Source of the DNA: Octopus vulgaris
Lineage: Eukaryota
Reading direction: 5' to 3'
DNA: 64,000 nt
NCBI GenBank assembly: GCA_951406725.2
Contig: OX597825.1
Span: 28,458,001-28,522,000 of the forward strand
Shown here one piece after another: positions 29,001 through 40,495 of this stretch. The notes under the pieces were generated by a model, which searched no databases, was not told where the DNA came from, and saw only the letters and a program-made list of their open reading frames with translations. Within the stretch, counting starts at the first letter, position 1. Each line of letters opens with the position of its first letter. The position numbers were made by a program, and so were the translations under genes.

Positions 29001-31082
29001 ACAACCTGAAGCGGCAGTATCTAACATTTCTGCCGTGAAATGCTTAGCAAACATACTTTTTTCATCTATATTCTTTAGAACCGGAAGGACAATATCTGCA
29101 ATCAATTTGATTCCATATTTATTCATATAAACGTAAAAGAGTGGGCTGACGTGAGTGTCGTGGTAACGCATTATTAATATTTGAAACCATTTCCGCTCTT
29201 TCGTAGCGAGAAGTACTGAGTTGATGAGAGAGTCTTCCGTCCAACAAATCCTATTGAAATATTTGTATCTTTGGATGCTGGAGAAATCACCTCCAATGTT
29301 AGCTATTGAAATAAATGGCAAACGTCCTTTCAGAAGCAATGGGTATACGGCTTCAGTGATCTCTAATGACACGCTACTGATCACTAAACGTATACTATCA
29401 TAACGAAGCAAATTAATTTCTGAAGTAAAATACATTAATTTTTTGTATGCAATCGATACATTGTTCTTGGTGTCCACGCTTTTTACACTGAACCACACGC
29501 CTTTCTTTTTCAAATACGGAACTAATATTCCATTGTTGATGTCATTTACAGCAAGTTGAATGAAAGTATTAACGTGAGAATCAACGTTTTCCCCAGACCC
29601 ACTGTAGTGAAGATCTCCAAAGTGGACAATTGAAACATTACCTCGAACAGTAAACTCTGGTGTGGTATATGAAATTTGTTTTTTACCGTGAGGGTATATC
29701 GTTAACTTTACTTTGTCAATTACCTCACATATTGATATATATATAATAGCTCTTCCTCTTTTTAACTTAGCATATTTATCAGATGATACACAAACATCAA
29801 CCGGATCTGTTAGAAAAAATAATGAACGATCAGAATCTGGCCCTGAATATATTCGATGATCACTGCTATCCAACGCAATAAGAGAAAATCCACCAGGGAT
29901 GAAGGAACTTAGTAATATAGGGATTCTTTTCGTTTTGGGATCTCGAATTTTATTCCATCTTTCTTTCACTTTTTCATCGAGAACTAATTTCGATATAAGC
30001 TGAACCTCGATGCTTATTAAAGACGTGAAAATCATAGGCAATATATTCACCTGTTTCGCACCTGTCACACGAGTGAACAGAAAATATTTACCATCATCTG
30101 AAATATGATAGTGATCAAAATCGATATAGCAAGACGGACAAGATGGTATTCTAGTAAAAGGATCACGTGCCATTGTCATCGTTAAATTTAACTGAAAATT
30201 ATGGACTGCATCTAAAATTCGAATCGTTCGGAAAACAACTTTACCCTTCACCGCTTGTTTACGAATAGACAAATCTCGTGTGTTGAGATGTAGCAAAAAT
30301 TCATCAGCGTCCAGCGTAACTTCTGTCATAGCTAAAATCATTTCTCTCTTTTTGTCGGCATAGAATTTCTTATAGTCATACGGAACTGTTAATATAACAA
30401 ATGCCACTGAATCAAGGCCATCTTCTACTCGTTTATTGCTGCTATCCCGAATTTCGACCTCAACATCGAAATTATGGTTCGCTTTTACTGATGCTGGAGG
30501 TTGTTTGGTAATTCTCAAATGATGTGCAGGAACTGTAATGCGTATTGGATTAGTATCAGTTTTTGCGTGATATTTGGGGACCTCAATTCTCAGCACTCGT
30601 GGGCCAGGCGGTAATATTGTATGTTCATGGTAGATCCAGTCAATTATTATTTCTCCTTTAAATATTTCAATGTTCAATTGAACTTTAGAATTCGGTGACC
30701 CACACCGGGTTTTCGCATATTCTCTATTTAATCTCTCCGGATAACCCAGCCACCATGCTGTTTTCTGACACAATTTACCTCCACTCTCAGCCCAAGTATC
30801 TGAATGGGAACTGTTTTCGGCTGTTTTAACATCCAGTGATGTCACTTTTGCTGTTATGTTTAATGTTGGTTTTGGTGTAAACAGAGTCCCGTTCTTAAAT
30901 TGTAACACGGCAATTATTGATTTGCTAATCGTTTGATTTAGTGGGACAGAATAGTAGAGATTTAATGGATTAGAAGGAATGCTACTTGGGGGGAAATGCT
31001 CTTCTTTAAACTTAATAATATATTTCCCATTATTTGAAGGCAAAAAATTGAATAATATAAAAAGTAAACGCAAAATTTTCAT
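26019..31082 (-). CDS. Intronless receptor guanylyl cyclase paralog A2 (~1687 aa): signal peptide, 3 beta-rich modules, ANF-receptor-like domain, 3 EGF-like repeats, TM, kinase-homology, coiled coil, cyclase
   Basis: Single 5.06-kb ORF. Likely start MKILRLLFILF (M57 of the tracked ORF). Motifs: LAVNDINN, GYDAV, C-rich EGF repeats, TM VGYIILTIAAILISSFFVYFII, HGRLKSSNC, WTAPE, FSDV, YKVETISD, GDTVNTASRMES. Confidence 0.95.
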   Translation of the reverse strand: MKILRLLFILFNFLPSNNGKYIIKFKEEHFPPSSIPSNPLNLYYSVPLNQTISKSIIAVLQFKNGTLFTPKPTLNITAKVTSLDVKTAENSSHSDTWAESGGKLCQKTAWWLGYPERLNREYAKTRCGSPNSKVQLNIEIFKGEIIIDWIYHEHTILPPGPRVLRIEVPKYHAKTDTNPIRITVPAHHLRITKQPPASVKANHNFDVEVEIRDSSNKRVEDGLDSVAFVILTVPYDYKKFYADKKREMILAMTEVTLDADEFLLHLNTRDLSIRKQAVKGKVVFRTIRILDAVHNFQLNLTMTMARDPFTRIPSCPSCYIDFDHYHISDDGKYFLFTRVTGAKQVNILPMIFTSLISIEVQLISKLVLDEKVKERWNKIRDPKTKRIPILLSSFIPGGFSLIALDSSDHRIYSGPDSDRSLFFLTDPVDVCVSSDKYAKLKRGRAIIYISICEVIDKVKLTIYPHGKKQISYTTPEFTVRGNVSIVHFGDLHYSGSGENVDSHVNTFIQLAVNDINNGILVPYLKKKGVWFSVKSVDTKNNVSIAYKKLMYFTSEINLLRYDSIRLVISSVSLEITEAVYPLLLKGRLPFISIANIGGDFSSIQRYKYFNRICWTEDSLINSVLLATKERKWFQILIMRYHDTHVSPLFYVYMNKYGIKLIADIVLPVLKNIDEKSMFAKHFTAEMLDTAASGCKIIFLFAPKFIQPYVFHDAYLTGISALHGFQWVLFGEYARQFPFDDEGVCNGTVKCTHAFAGTNLFSEQYNISGYSSSDWFRIFGNWFAADKTIYKGGSVSYRPNYIGARMGLGYDAVHLYAAMLAQIIRHQTTATGEQQVAELRKVKIHGLTSYLQLDRHGNRIGYFGSLAHINPRSNRTGSGEERVTEFIRCFQKINNTAQLEIPYSAKGDYQRFDIEAPLTLPHSTRYNLRRYWSYSGMIDIITQRLIRNPRESWPPVKIMRTEKVIPPFFCKKPCGRKLVSPEDVTIFDTGTCISKDKCKCKDGYQGAKCHIVECGCDNGHCIEPRECICKEGYVGPYCEKANCTKCKYGTCSKPFECRCHTWIYTGKYCDVHVGYIILTIAAILISSFFVYFIITKLIEHRQKRAALANTDWIVDWSTVEIYETSHVSFPYNSRCASMIQRYRWKGQEWYVKFINSSTIDSKNEALILEMVSLVKLRHENLIQYGGACLVKPNVSLFVEFLDKGSLKDILQNEAVDLGWEFRFSFLKDICRGMEFIHNKTDIKSHGRLKSSNCLLNNRWTVRLTGFGANIIRFGEKRITKSVHSKKELFWTAPELLKNVSDLDGIKSGTQPGDVYSFAIVTSEIITRAPPYKYELYYLSVKEIIGLITYESSKAIRRIWEDIGGKAMLYTRPIIKEELFPTNTTTHELFAKMIAQCWQDEPLARPVFGTIHQMLTEIHPGKGEFKDNLIDRLETYSSSLEVVVIQRTKELKKSKAKAERLLGEMLPRKVANDIREGNKIYPEYFECVSVFFSDVTNFSNICNESKAFEVVDFLNEIYNAFDKVLDDYDVYKVETISDSYMVVSGLPEKNENRHAGEIATMALDLMSTVTVFEIPHMPKSTLQLRIGIHSGPVVSGVVGKLMPRYFLFGDTVNTASRMESSCYALRIQVSETTAGILEELGGYALESRGQINVKGRGMMTTYWLWGKDTFKKILPDQSLALRISKHKFK

Positions 31083-31899
31083 ATTTCTTTTCGAAGCTTT
31101 GACTTGTGCTATTTTACAATTTCCGTTTATAGCAGGAATATATCTTCCGTTGGCGTTTAAAGAATGCCGCTTCTTTGGTAAATAGCAACAACGGCGTCTT
31201 TTCAAATCGATTAAATGAATGAAAATAAATTCAAAACCCTCCACGTCCATAGCTGCATGTACGAGCTGTATGTATATGACTGCATGTATGTGTCTGTATT
31301 ACTATACCTGTGCATGTGTGTATCTATGTGTGTGCATGTGCGTGTGTGTATCTGTGTGTGTTAATGCATGTGTGTGTGTGTGTGTGTGTGTGTGCTTGTG
31401 AGTCTGTATGTGTGTAAATGTAACAATGCTATAAATGGATAATTATGTCATTACCACGGAGACTTTTATGCTCTGGGCACAAAACGACAAATAATCATTT
31501 TATCCAATGCACCAAAGTGTCGTGAACATACATGGATGATATTGGTAATCCACGGCCTGAAATTCTTCCGGCATCGAATCGAATTTTTTAGTTGACATCA
31601 AATCAGATCTCACACAAATGTTTGCAAAAATTTTTTTCCGCGAGATACACTCTGCCAACGAAAATCTGATGACGTTAAAATGGAGTGTGGGTTAACTCTA
31701 TAAGCCAAAACAATCCAGTACAACTATCATACATGTAAATCTGTTAATATTTTCAAATTTTCAAGTCTTATGAAGTCCCAAATTTAGACAGATGATTTTT
31801 GCCCAAGGTAAACTCTGCTTCATTAATTATTGTTTGTATTTCTTACCTACGTATACCCTTGATGTATTAGAAGAAAATGTTGTGAGCCTTGTCTCTGTT

Positions 31900-32490
31900 A
31901 GAAGAGGCATGTGGTTGAAAGTTGAAAGGCGGGATCCTTCTACTAAGAAGTGTGATTTTGTTTATGTACTCCTGGGTCAAAGACTTGACAACGACTACAT
32001 TTTGTAAGGAAGTAGCAGTAGATTATAGAATTTATTTACGAGAGGTCTGCGCACACGATTTACGTCGCAACCAAATAAAGATGGGTGGTGCCGGCAGAAT
32101 TGTTGAAACAGACGAAACAGTCTTTTTCAGAAGGAAATAACAGCGGGATTCAATAATGCTACTAGTGTAGTGGGTTTTCGGCAGTGTATGTCGCGAAACT
32201 CGAGAAGTTTATACCTATTTACAGAAGTCTGTGACGTGCATATTTGCATATTCCTGAGATATCAGGGTACCAATTTCACCATAGAACGTTGAAGCACAGC
32301 ATTGAGTTTGTTAATTCGCAAGGCAATATCTATACTCAACAAGTACGAAACACTTGGGCCTGTCTTATGCGAGGAAATAAACGGTGCTATGGCAGGTATC
32401 GTTTTATAGTGGACTCACATTTTTACGTGTTTATGTGGCCCTGCATGTGCGAAAAATGCGATTTGTATGGAAAATATGAATTTCCTTAAT
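31900..32490 (+). pseudogene. Merlin/IS1595-type (ISXO2-like) transposase remnant
   Basis: GGAGRIVETDETVF-RRK, WVFG and HRTLKHSIEFVN...YTQ..RNTW motifs, with stops. Confidence 0.75.
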
Positions 32491-32768
32491 TCATAATATT
32501 CCGCTACATAGTCTTACTTCATTATTCTTTTGTTTTTATTGACAGTTCACGTTTTTGTTTCATTTCGACTGTTATTTCTAGTGGAAGGTCGAAAGCAAGA
32601 GCTGTGGTGGTGACAATAATATTATTATTATTCTAAATTCCGCCGAGATCGACTTTGTTTTTCATACTTCGGTGTACCAGTAAAACAGTGTGGTAGATGT
32701 AATAGACTAGCCCCCTCCACCAAAATTTTAGGACTTGTGCCTTTAGTAGAAAGGATTATTATTATTAC

Positions 32769-32803
<35 letters not shown>

Positions 32804-35011
32804 TAAGGCGGTGAGCAGGCAGAACCGTTAGCATGCCGGGAAAATTACTTAGCGGGATTTTGTCTGTTTTACGGTCTGAGTTCAGATTCAAATTCCGCTG
32901 GAGTCGACTTTGCCTTTCATCCTTTCAGGGTCGATTCAGTACCAGTTTCGCACTGGGGTCGATGTAATAGACTTAATCCATTCCCCCAAATTTGAGGTGT
33001 TGAAGCCCTCACTTGGTGAATTTAAGTCATCAAAGTGGTGGAGGAGCTGTGTTAGACAGTGTCTCCCACCACGAAAGCCATGCTGGTTGTAATTTAGAAG
33101 ATGATTTTGCTCTAGGAAGGCTGTTATTCTTGATCTCAACTCTCTCTCAAACATTTTGGTGGTATGTGAGGTGAGTGAGATTGGACGGTAGTTTACTGGA
33201 AGCAATTTATTCCCTTTTTTAAAGAGAGGAGCGAATGACTAATAGAGAAATTTTGAGGGATAACACTGGCATTCGGTAATTTCCTCCAGAGATTTGCAAG
33301 AGGACTTGAAAGATGCTGTCTGCATTCCTTCAGCACTCTAGCAAGGAACCTGTCTGGCCCCACTGCTGCATCAGGTTTGATTTCTTTTATTGCTGCTGGA
33401 TATCAGTGGCGTCGAAGGTTATGTCGGAAAAGACATTTTGAGGATCCAAAGAAGTAAAGATGCTTGATTTAACTGAATGTGGGTCACTGAAAACAGAGCG
33501 GTATTGACTTTGCAGAACCTCAGCCGTATCTTTGGCATCACTGTGAAAGATGCATACCGTTTCCGTCAACCAATGTGCGGATAGAGGAAGCTATGGACTT
33601 ATGTGTTTTTGCAAAGGAGTAAAAGACATTAGAGTTATTCTGTAGCTCTTTGGTCGTTTATGAAGGTTCTCATACAGCCCTGCAGCTGTAGCTTCTTTGA
33701 TTCCAAAGTTGTTAATGTTCTCTTTGGGTGCGCTGCTGATGGTGGTATTTTAGAATATTGATTTTTCGGTTTATTCTTCATATTCTCCTGAAGTGCGCTT
33801 TTCTCTGTTTTGGAATCCTGCATCTACTGTTATTTATGAGTCGTGTGAGTGTGTGTTTTGAGTATATGTGGGTAACTGTGTCCTCAAAGAGTTGCCATGC
33901 ATTTGTGTTTGTTGTGACATTGGAAGAAGCAAGGGTGAAGGACAGTCCACTTGCAATAAGTCTTGAGTGATCACATTCCACTTTGACTTGTGTAAATTTA
34001 TATTACCAAATGGTAGTACTGGAGCTATTGATTTATGCCAAACTTTTTGGATGCTGAACATTGAGGTTACAGATCGGATAGGAAGGATCTTTCTACTATG
34101 ATGTTATGGCTACTGTTAGCAAGAGTGCTTAGCACTAGGTCCAAAACGCTGTGGTTGTTTCTGGTTTGTTCATGGACGAATTGTGACAGGAAAAAATATC
34201 CATAAATTTGAAAATTTACTCTACTGCTGCTTTGTCTGAGCTTGAGGTGAAAGTTCTTGGTCTAACAATATTAGTGGACCAATCTACCGAGGGTGGGTTA
34301 AAGTCGCCCATCATCAGAATATTTCCTGGGTTATATCGCAGGAGGAAAAATGTGATGTTCTCGAGTCACTTTTGGAAATAGTGTAAGGGTGCTTGTGGGG
34401 ATCTGTAGAGCCCAACGACAGACAGGTCTTTACTCTTGTTGTGTTGAGACTGATTCGTAGTAGCCGTTGGAGAAAAGATCCTTGGTATCTGTGCTGAAAG
34501 AATCATGGAGGGAAACAGCAACTCCATCGTTTCTTTGGCCTGCCCGATCTGAGCGAATGGCACTGAAGTCTTTGGTTTTCAGTTCAGCCTCTAAATGAAG
34601 GTCATTTAGGTGGGTCTCAATTAGGACAAAGAAAGGGATTGGATGTGAGCGTGCTGCAATCCATTCCTCAATGTAGGATAGTTTCCTTTTTGAACCTTGA
34701 TGGCTGGGTTGATACCTTAGGCGTGAAGGAGAAATGTCATTGTTAAGGGAGCAGCATCGATGCGTTTCTTCAGGATCCGCACATTATGTTTGTTGTTGTT
34801 ATTGTTGTTGCTACTCAGTAAGGGTATTTTTGCCTTGGGTTGGTAATAGAGGTTGGATACTTCTCTGAATTTCTTTCGCCAGATTCAGCATGGCTAAAAA
34901 AGAAGTTTGGTTTCTAGAGTCACTGCAGTTGTTGCACTGCTGGGTGCGACTGCAGTTAAAGCTTTTGCTCTTTTCGGCTTGGTTTTCTGTTCCTCAGCTT
35001 ATGTGGGATAA

Positions 35012-36712
35012 CTCTCTCTTTTACACTTCTACTTGTTTCAGTCATTTGACTGTGGCCATGCTGGAGCACCACCTTTAGTCGAGCAAATCGACCCCAGGAC
35101 TTATTTTTTGTAAGCCTAGTACTTATTCTATCGGTCTGTTTTGCCGAACCACTAAATTACGAGGACGTAAACACACCAGCATCGGTTGTCAAGCGATGTT
35201 GGGGGGCGGGGGGGGCAAACACAGACGCACAAACATATACACACACACATACACACACATATATATATTCATATATGCGACGGGCTTCTTTCAGTTTCCG
35301 TCTACCAAATCCACTCACAAGGCTTTGGTCGGTCCGAGGCTATAGTAAAAGACAGTTGCCCAAGGTGCCACGCAGTGGGACTGAACCCAGATCCATGTGG
35401 TTGGTAAGCAAGCTACGGATCTTTTCATTTTGAAAGCCAGATTTTTCAGATTTTTCTAGTTAACTAAATAATTTGAAACTTCGTATACTGGTAGAATGTG
35501 TCAAAAGAAAACAATAATTTCAACTAGTCTTTTTGACAAAAACGTATTTTATAAGTTTTAAACGTAGTTTAAATCTGCGAATTTTAACCAATCGTATTGT
35601 CTGTTTTCCTTTGAAATTATTAGCTGCATAGTGTTACTGTGACGTAGACAGCTATTTTGTGAGTGGGTAAGCAGTAAGCAAACAGCTGTGGTAGATGTGG
35701 TTATCATGGCAGTGGTGGTGGTGGTGGTGGTGGTGGTGGCGGCAGTGGATGATGATGATAATGATGATGATAGTAGTAGTAGCATTGATTATGTTAGGAT
35801 GTCTCCTGGATGGTAGTGTTGAAGACATTGCAGAGTGTAGTGGTGGTGAAATTGGTGATTTTGAATATGATGCTGGTATTGATCTTGGGGCTGTGGTTGC
35901 AGAAGATGGTTGTGGTGGTGGCATTGGAGGTTGTAGTAATGGTTGTAGTGGTGGTTGTGAAGATGATTCAGATATTGATAGTCTTTGCATTGAGGTGGTG
36001 GCAGAGTCAGAGTAAATAATAAGAGCCCAGTTAACACAAGATTCTTAAATTTCGGAGATCATCAGATAGAGAGCAAGAAGTTAAAAGTTCCAATACTGGC
36101 CCAATTCCTACACCCCAGATTCTTCAACTATTTTATAAGAAAGAGGTTAATGGCAGGATAGGGATTCAGCTTAAAAATAAATTGTATAACAAAAAATACA
36201 TAAATAAATTACTGCTCCAACGATGTAATTTTAGTATGTGTGTATGTATGTGTGTGTGTGTGTGTAAGCAATGCAAACAATGGAAAATAATTCAAACACT
36301 CATTTTATATATACTAAGACTTTCAAAAAGAATTTAACTATTTAGGATCTGCACAAATTTTATATGTACTCCACGAAGTTTGAAGTGTTTAGTTACGATA
36401 AGCGGATGTTTACATTTTATGTTTACGTTAACTACGTCACAAAATAGCTGTTTACGTCACAGTAACAATATTTTTAGAGGCACTAAATGATATGAAGTCG
36501 AAAGAAAGAATATCATTGGTTAAAATTCGAATTATTAAACAACGTTAAACTTAGAAATTACAATTCCGTTTTCATTTTGGTTTACAATTATGTTTTCTTT
36601 TGACACATTCTACCAGTATACGAAGTTTCAAATTGTTTAGTTAACTAGGAAAATCTGGCTTTCAAAATGAAAAGATCCGCAAGCTACATACCACACAGCC
36701 ACTCCTACGCCT
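35012..36712 (-). mobile_element. SINE family A split by a TIR element
   Basis: 35012-35415 and 36680-36712 rejoin to match the 21330-21366 head. Confidence 0.85.
35416..36679. mobile_element. Non-autonomous TIR element (CGGATCTTTTC...GAAAAGATCCG, ~90-100-bp TIRs), TSD CAAGCTA
   Basis: TIRs and the 7-bp duplication (35409-35415 / 36680-36686) read directly. Confidence 0.9.
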
Positions 36713-36865
36713 ATTTTTGCCGTAGTAGGCGATACAGTTATTGTAGTGGTCGAACTTTGTGGAGCTGGGATAATCTGTTGCGGGGAACACTCACAATATT
36801 ACCACTTTTCTCAGTGCCACTATATTTACTAATGGGCGTCTAGGTCCCGGTAGGTGGGTAAAACG

Positions 36866-37116
36866 AGTTACTACTTAAGAAGAGTGGTCTCAGTGCGCGC
36901 ACTCACGTACTCGCGCATCTGTGCAAACTAGACGTGATTAGTCGATCCTTACTTTGTGTTTTTGTGTTTTATTTACTTTGTTTTAAAAAATGATTTACTT
37001 TCCGTAAAAAAATTATTTATTTTGTATTTTATTTACTTTGCTAGGTAGTCGTTGTAGGATCGACTAGTCACGACTAGCTAGTGCGCACACCGGGACCACT
37101 CTTCTGAAGTAGTACC
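36866..37116. mobile_element. ~250-bp MITE, probably Merlin family
   Basis: Imperfect TIRs (TACTACTT-AGAAGAGTGGTC...GACCACTCTTCT-AAGTAGTACC) and 8-bp TSD GTAAAACG (36858-36865 / 37117-37124). Confidence 0.75.
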
Positions 37117-37183
37117 GTAAAACGGCAGCTTTGTTGCAAACATATTCCCTCATGAAGAGAATAGCAGCAGACATTGGGATTCC

Positions 37184-38194
37184 GGGATCTATTCATTTGT
37201 GAAGCCAGTTTTTCCAAATTTTTCCTACTGAACCAAACAATTTGAAACTTCGTATACTGGTAGAATGTGTCAAACTAAACTTAATTGTAAACCAGAATGA
37301 AAACGGAATTGTAACTTCTAAGTTTAACATTGTTTAATAATTAGAATTTTAACCAATGGTATTCCGTCTTTCGGCTTCATATTATTTACTCCGTCTCGAC
37401 CACCAATTTGGTGACGTAGTAAACATATGGTATGTAAACAAATGGGTTAATATAAAGCGTTACGCATATCAGAAAATAAAAAAAAAATGTGTGTAATAGG
37501 TGTAAAACAACTTCCTATGAACGAATATGAAAAAAAAAATTCGCGCACGCGAAAATGGGGTAGGGGAGAGGCCTCGGAAAATTCACATCGGGAAGTTTCG
37601 AAAGCGTCTGAGGGGCTGACCCGGGCACCAAAACAACAACAAAAAATAGTGTAATATGTGTAAAACAACTTGCTCTAAACGAATATGACACAAAAAATGC
37701 GCTCTCGCGAAAGAGGGGTGGGGAAAAGGCCTCGGAAAATTTATATCGGGAATTTCCGAAAGCGTCTGAACCGGGCACAAAAACAAAAACAAAAACAGCG
37801 TAATAGGTGTAAAACAACTTGCTCTAAACGACTATCATGAAAAAAATGCGCGCTCGCGAAAGGGGGGTGGGGGAGAGACTTCGGAAATTTCCCATCTTCA
37901 GTAACATGTAAACAAAACAATAACGATGAAATTTTTTACTCGGTGTATGTCACAAAACTGCTTTCTACGTCACACTAACAGAATGCAGTAACGTATTAAA
38001 TATGAAAACAAGCAATCTCATTGGTTAAAATTCGCAGTTTTAATCTACGATTAAAGTCATAAAATAGATTTTTCTCAAATAAACTAGTTCCAATCTGTGT
38101 CTTGTTTTGAAACACTGTACCAGCATACGAAGTTTCAAATTATTTAGTTAAGTAGAAAGATCTGGGCTCCTGGCCACACAATTGAAAAGATCCG
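37184..38194. mobile_element. Second CGGATC-family TIR element with an internal ~155-bp tandem repeat (~37490-37890)
   Basis: GGATCTATTC.../...GAAAAGATCCG ends, GATTCC(G) duplicated on both sides, shared GAAACTTCGTATACTGGTAGAATGTGT subterminal motif. Confidence 0.8.
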
Positions 38195-38629
38195 GATTCC
38201 GTTTTCTTTATGTAAGAGGAGTGTAATGTGGTTATATGTTCATGGATATTCCATGTCGTTGCGTTTAGTTCCTGGAAGGTGAGCGTAAAGGGAGTCTTGT
38301 TGCAAACACATCCTCTTACAGAGGGAATAACGGAAGATTTTTGGGTTTCATTTTGTCAGTGAGAGTGGGATATGTGACAGAAGTTTGTTTGCAGAAGATT
38401 TAGAGTTGAATGGTTCTGGGAATGGTGTGGTAACGGTTGTTCCTGGTGAATTCGGTTGGGCTGAGATGTTAGTCATGCTAGAGCTGGATTTTATCGGTGA
38501 AAGACCGGTAAAGGTTGTGGTGGTGGAGACAGTAGTAGTAGTAGCTGATGATGACGATCGTGACAACGACGGCGCTGGCATCGATAATAATGGCGGTGGT
38601 GACGATGGTGATGGCAGTGATGTTGCTTG

Positions 38630-38678
<49 letters not shown>

Positions 38679-39164
38679 AATGATGATGATGATGATAATG
38701 ATGATGATGATGATGGCGATGGTAGTGATGTTGTTGGTGATGGGTATGAAGAATTGGTTGTCATGCTAATCATGGAGTTAGCAGGTTTTGGTATGTGGGC
38801 ATTAGACGGTTGGACCGTTAGCAGGTCAGTAGCAGAAAGCAGTTATCGTTTAGTAGAATTGGAGAATATTAAGCTGATTATTGTAAGATGCTCCTTAACG
38901 AGGTGGTAGGATTTCGAAAAATGCTTTAATATAGATTCCACTTGTTTTGTTGTTCGATTGTCAAAAAGCTGGACAATTTCGGAAGCAACGTCACTGAGGC
39001 ATGACGCTTGTGTGGTGGGTTTTTTGTGAAAGGTCAAGCCAGCTGTTGAGTAGAATAACAATTTCACTCTCTGTTCAGAAAACTTTCTTTTGGACTATTT
39101 TGCTCATAGTAATAGTAGCTGCTGTCTTTTCTTTCGTTCGTTTTGCTAGTCAATAATTTAGGTG

Positions 39165-39740
39165 GATTAAACCACTTCCATCTCAGGTGTCTTCGGAACC
39201 TCCTTCACATCCGCTGGCAGGACAAAGTCCCAGACACGGATGTTCTGAAGCAGGCAGATCTCCCTAGCACCATCACAATCATGCGCAAGGCCCAGCTGAG
39301 ATTAGCGGGCCACGTCTCCCGCATGTTCGACACTCGCATCCCAAAACAGCTCTTCTACGGTGAACTCGGCCAGGGCAGGCGCAAAGTCGGAGGGCAGAAG
39401 AAGCGCTACAAGGATAGTCTCAAGGTCTCTCTAAAAGACTTCTCCATCGGAACAGAGACCTGGGAGACACTTGCTGCCAACCGCTCATCCTGGCGCAGCG
39501 CAATCACCGTGGGAGCAGGGACAGCCGAGGAGGGACGGATTCGGTCAGCGGAGCAGAAACGTCAGATGCGTAAAGCCAGAGCCGCCTGCACCAGTAGCAC
39601 GGCACCTACCCACTTCTGCCCCACCTGTGGGAGGGGCTTCCTTGCCCGGATTGGCCTCACCAGCCACCTCAGGTCTCATGGCGGAAGTTTCATCAGATGA
39701 TGTCAATTGGTCATCTTCGAACCGAAGGACGAACATTATT
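39165..39740 (+). mobile_element. 3' end of an RTE-clade LINE
   Basis: HLRCLRNLL-IRWQD, LRLAGHVSRM, PKQLFYGEL, GGQKKRYKD and terminal CPTC..HLRSH motifs; GC-rich relative to its flanks. Confidence 0.88.
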
Positions 39741-39900
39741 ATGTAATGGAAAAAATTATTTTGAAAGTGAAGATTATTTGAGTTTTGCGAAATTTTGTGA
39801 CAATCTAAAATGTATAATCTTGTGTATGTGACCGTTAGGTTTAAACAGAGATATACGAGTGAAAAGTCATGGTAACAGTAGTTGCTGTAAAGTGATTTTA

Positions 39901-40495
39901 TTACCTCCGCCTTAGCGTAGGCGGAGGTATTGTTTTCAGTCACGTTTGTTTGTTTGTTTGAATGTCCGTGGAAAAGATACCTCACGAACCGCTGGATGGA
40001 TTCGGATGAAACTTTCAGGAATGTTCGAACTCGTAACTGGCACGACCTGATTAGATTTTTGTATTGATCCGGTACCACAAAAGGATTCTGGATGATTTGT
40101 CATATTTACTTTACTTTGCATGATTACGAGCTTACGTTAACTTTCAAATCTTTCTCAATTATCTCCCTTTAGGCTGTAACTATTTTGAATGGTGAATTTG
40201 TTAACTTTGACTTGTATTAGATAAGAATAAAGTATTTATTACTGTTACTAAATTTTTTACAGCTACCTTCACATTCAATTACTGCCACTGTGTTCGATTA
40301 GGTACCGGACGAGAATTCTGGATTATTTTTCCGATTTTGTTAAACTTAACTTTTGAGAACGGTCGGGTTCATTTTAGTATTCTCGTTTGTGAAAGCAGTC
40401 GAGTTTATTTAAAATATTCTTATTTTAAAAATCATCTCTGACTAATCGTTGAGAGGACGTTGACGGAGGTTTGCGCTCTCTGAGTGCTCTTGCTC
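39901..40495 (+). mobile_element. Helentron-associated (HINE/DINE-1-like) element
   Basis: 5' TTACCTCCGCC..GGCGGAGGT hairpin, (GTTT)n, and 3' CGGAGGT subterminal inverted repeat followed by GCGCTCTCTGAGTGC stem-loop. Confidence 0.7.

Larger units (their letters stand above)
33000..39120 (-). mobile_element. Decayed CR1/L2-group LINE (ORF1 remnants ~36770-39120; APE endonuclease and RT start 33000-34760), interrupted by nested insertions
   Basis: ETHL, LYRSP, GDFNP, NYRPISLTS and QHGFRGGR-CLTQL motifs. The ORF1 assignment is less certain. Confidence 0.7.

Noticed and set aside
26248-29403. Short antisense ORFs within the rGC genes (also 46-50k and 60-64k)
   Set aside because: Shadows of the long coding frame; their recurrence only reflects paralogy.
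31083-31250. 56-aa N-terminal extension of the 1743-aa ORF
   Set aside because: Frameshifted in paralog A1, absent from the B genes, and precedes a clear signal peptide.
37490-37890. Spaced repeats resembling a CRISPR array
   Set aside because: Whole ~155-bp units repeat with no unique spacers; eukaryotic context, no cas genes.
38348-38909. Asp/Gly-rich (+) and Ser-rich (-) ORFs
   Set aside because: GAT-repeat expansion within the decayed LINE region.
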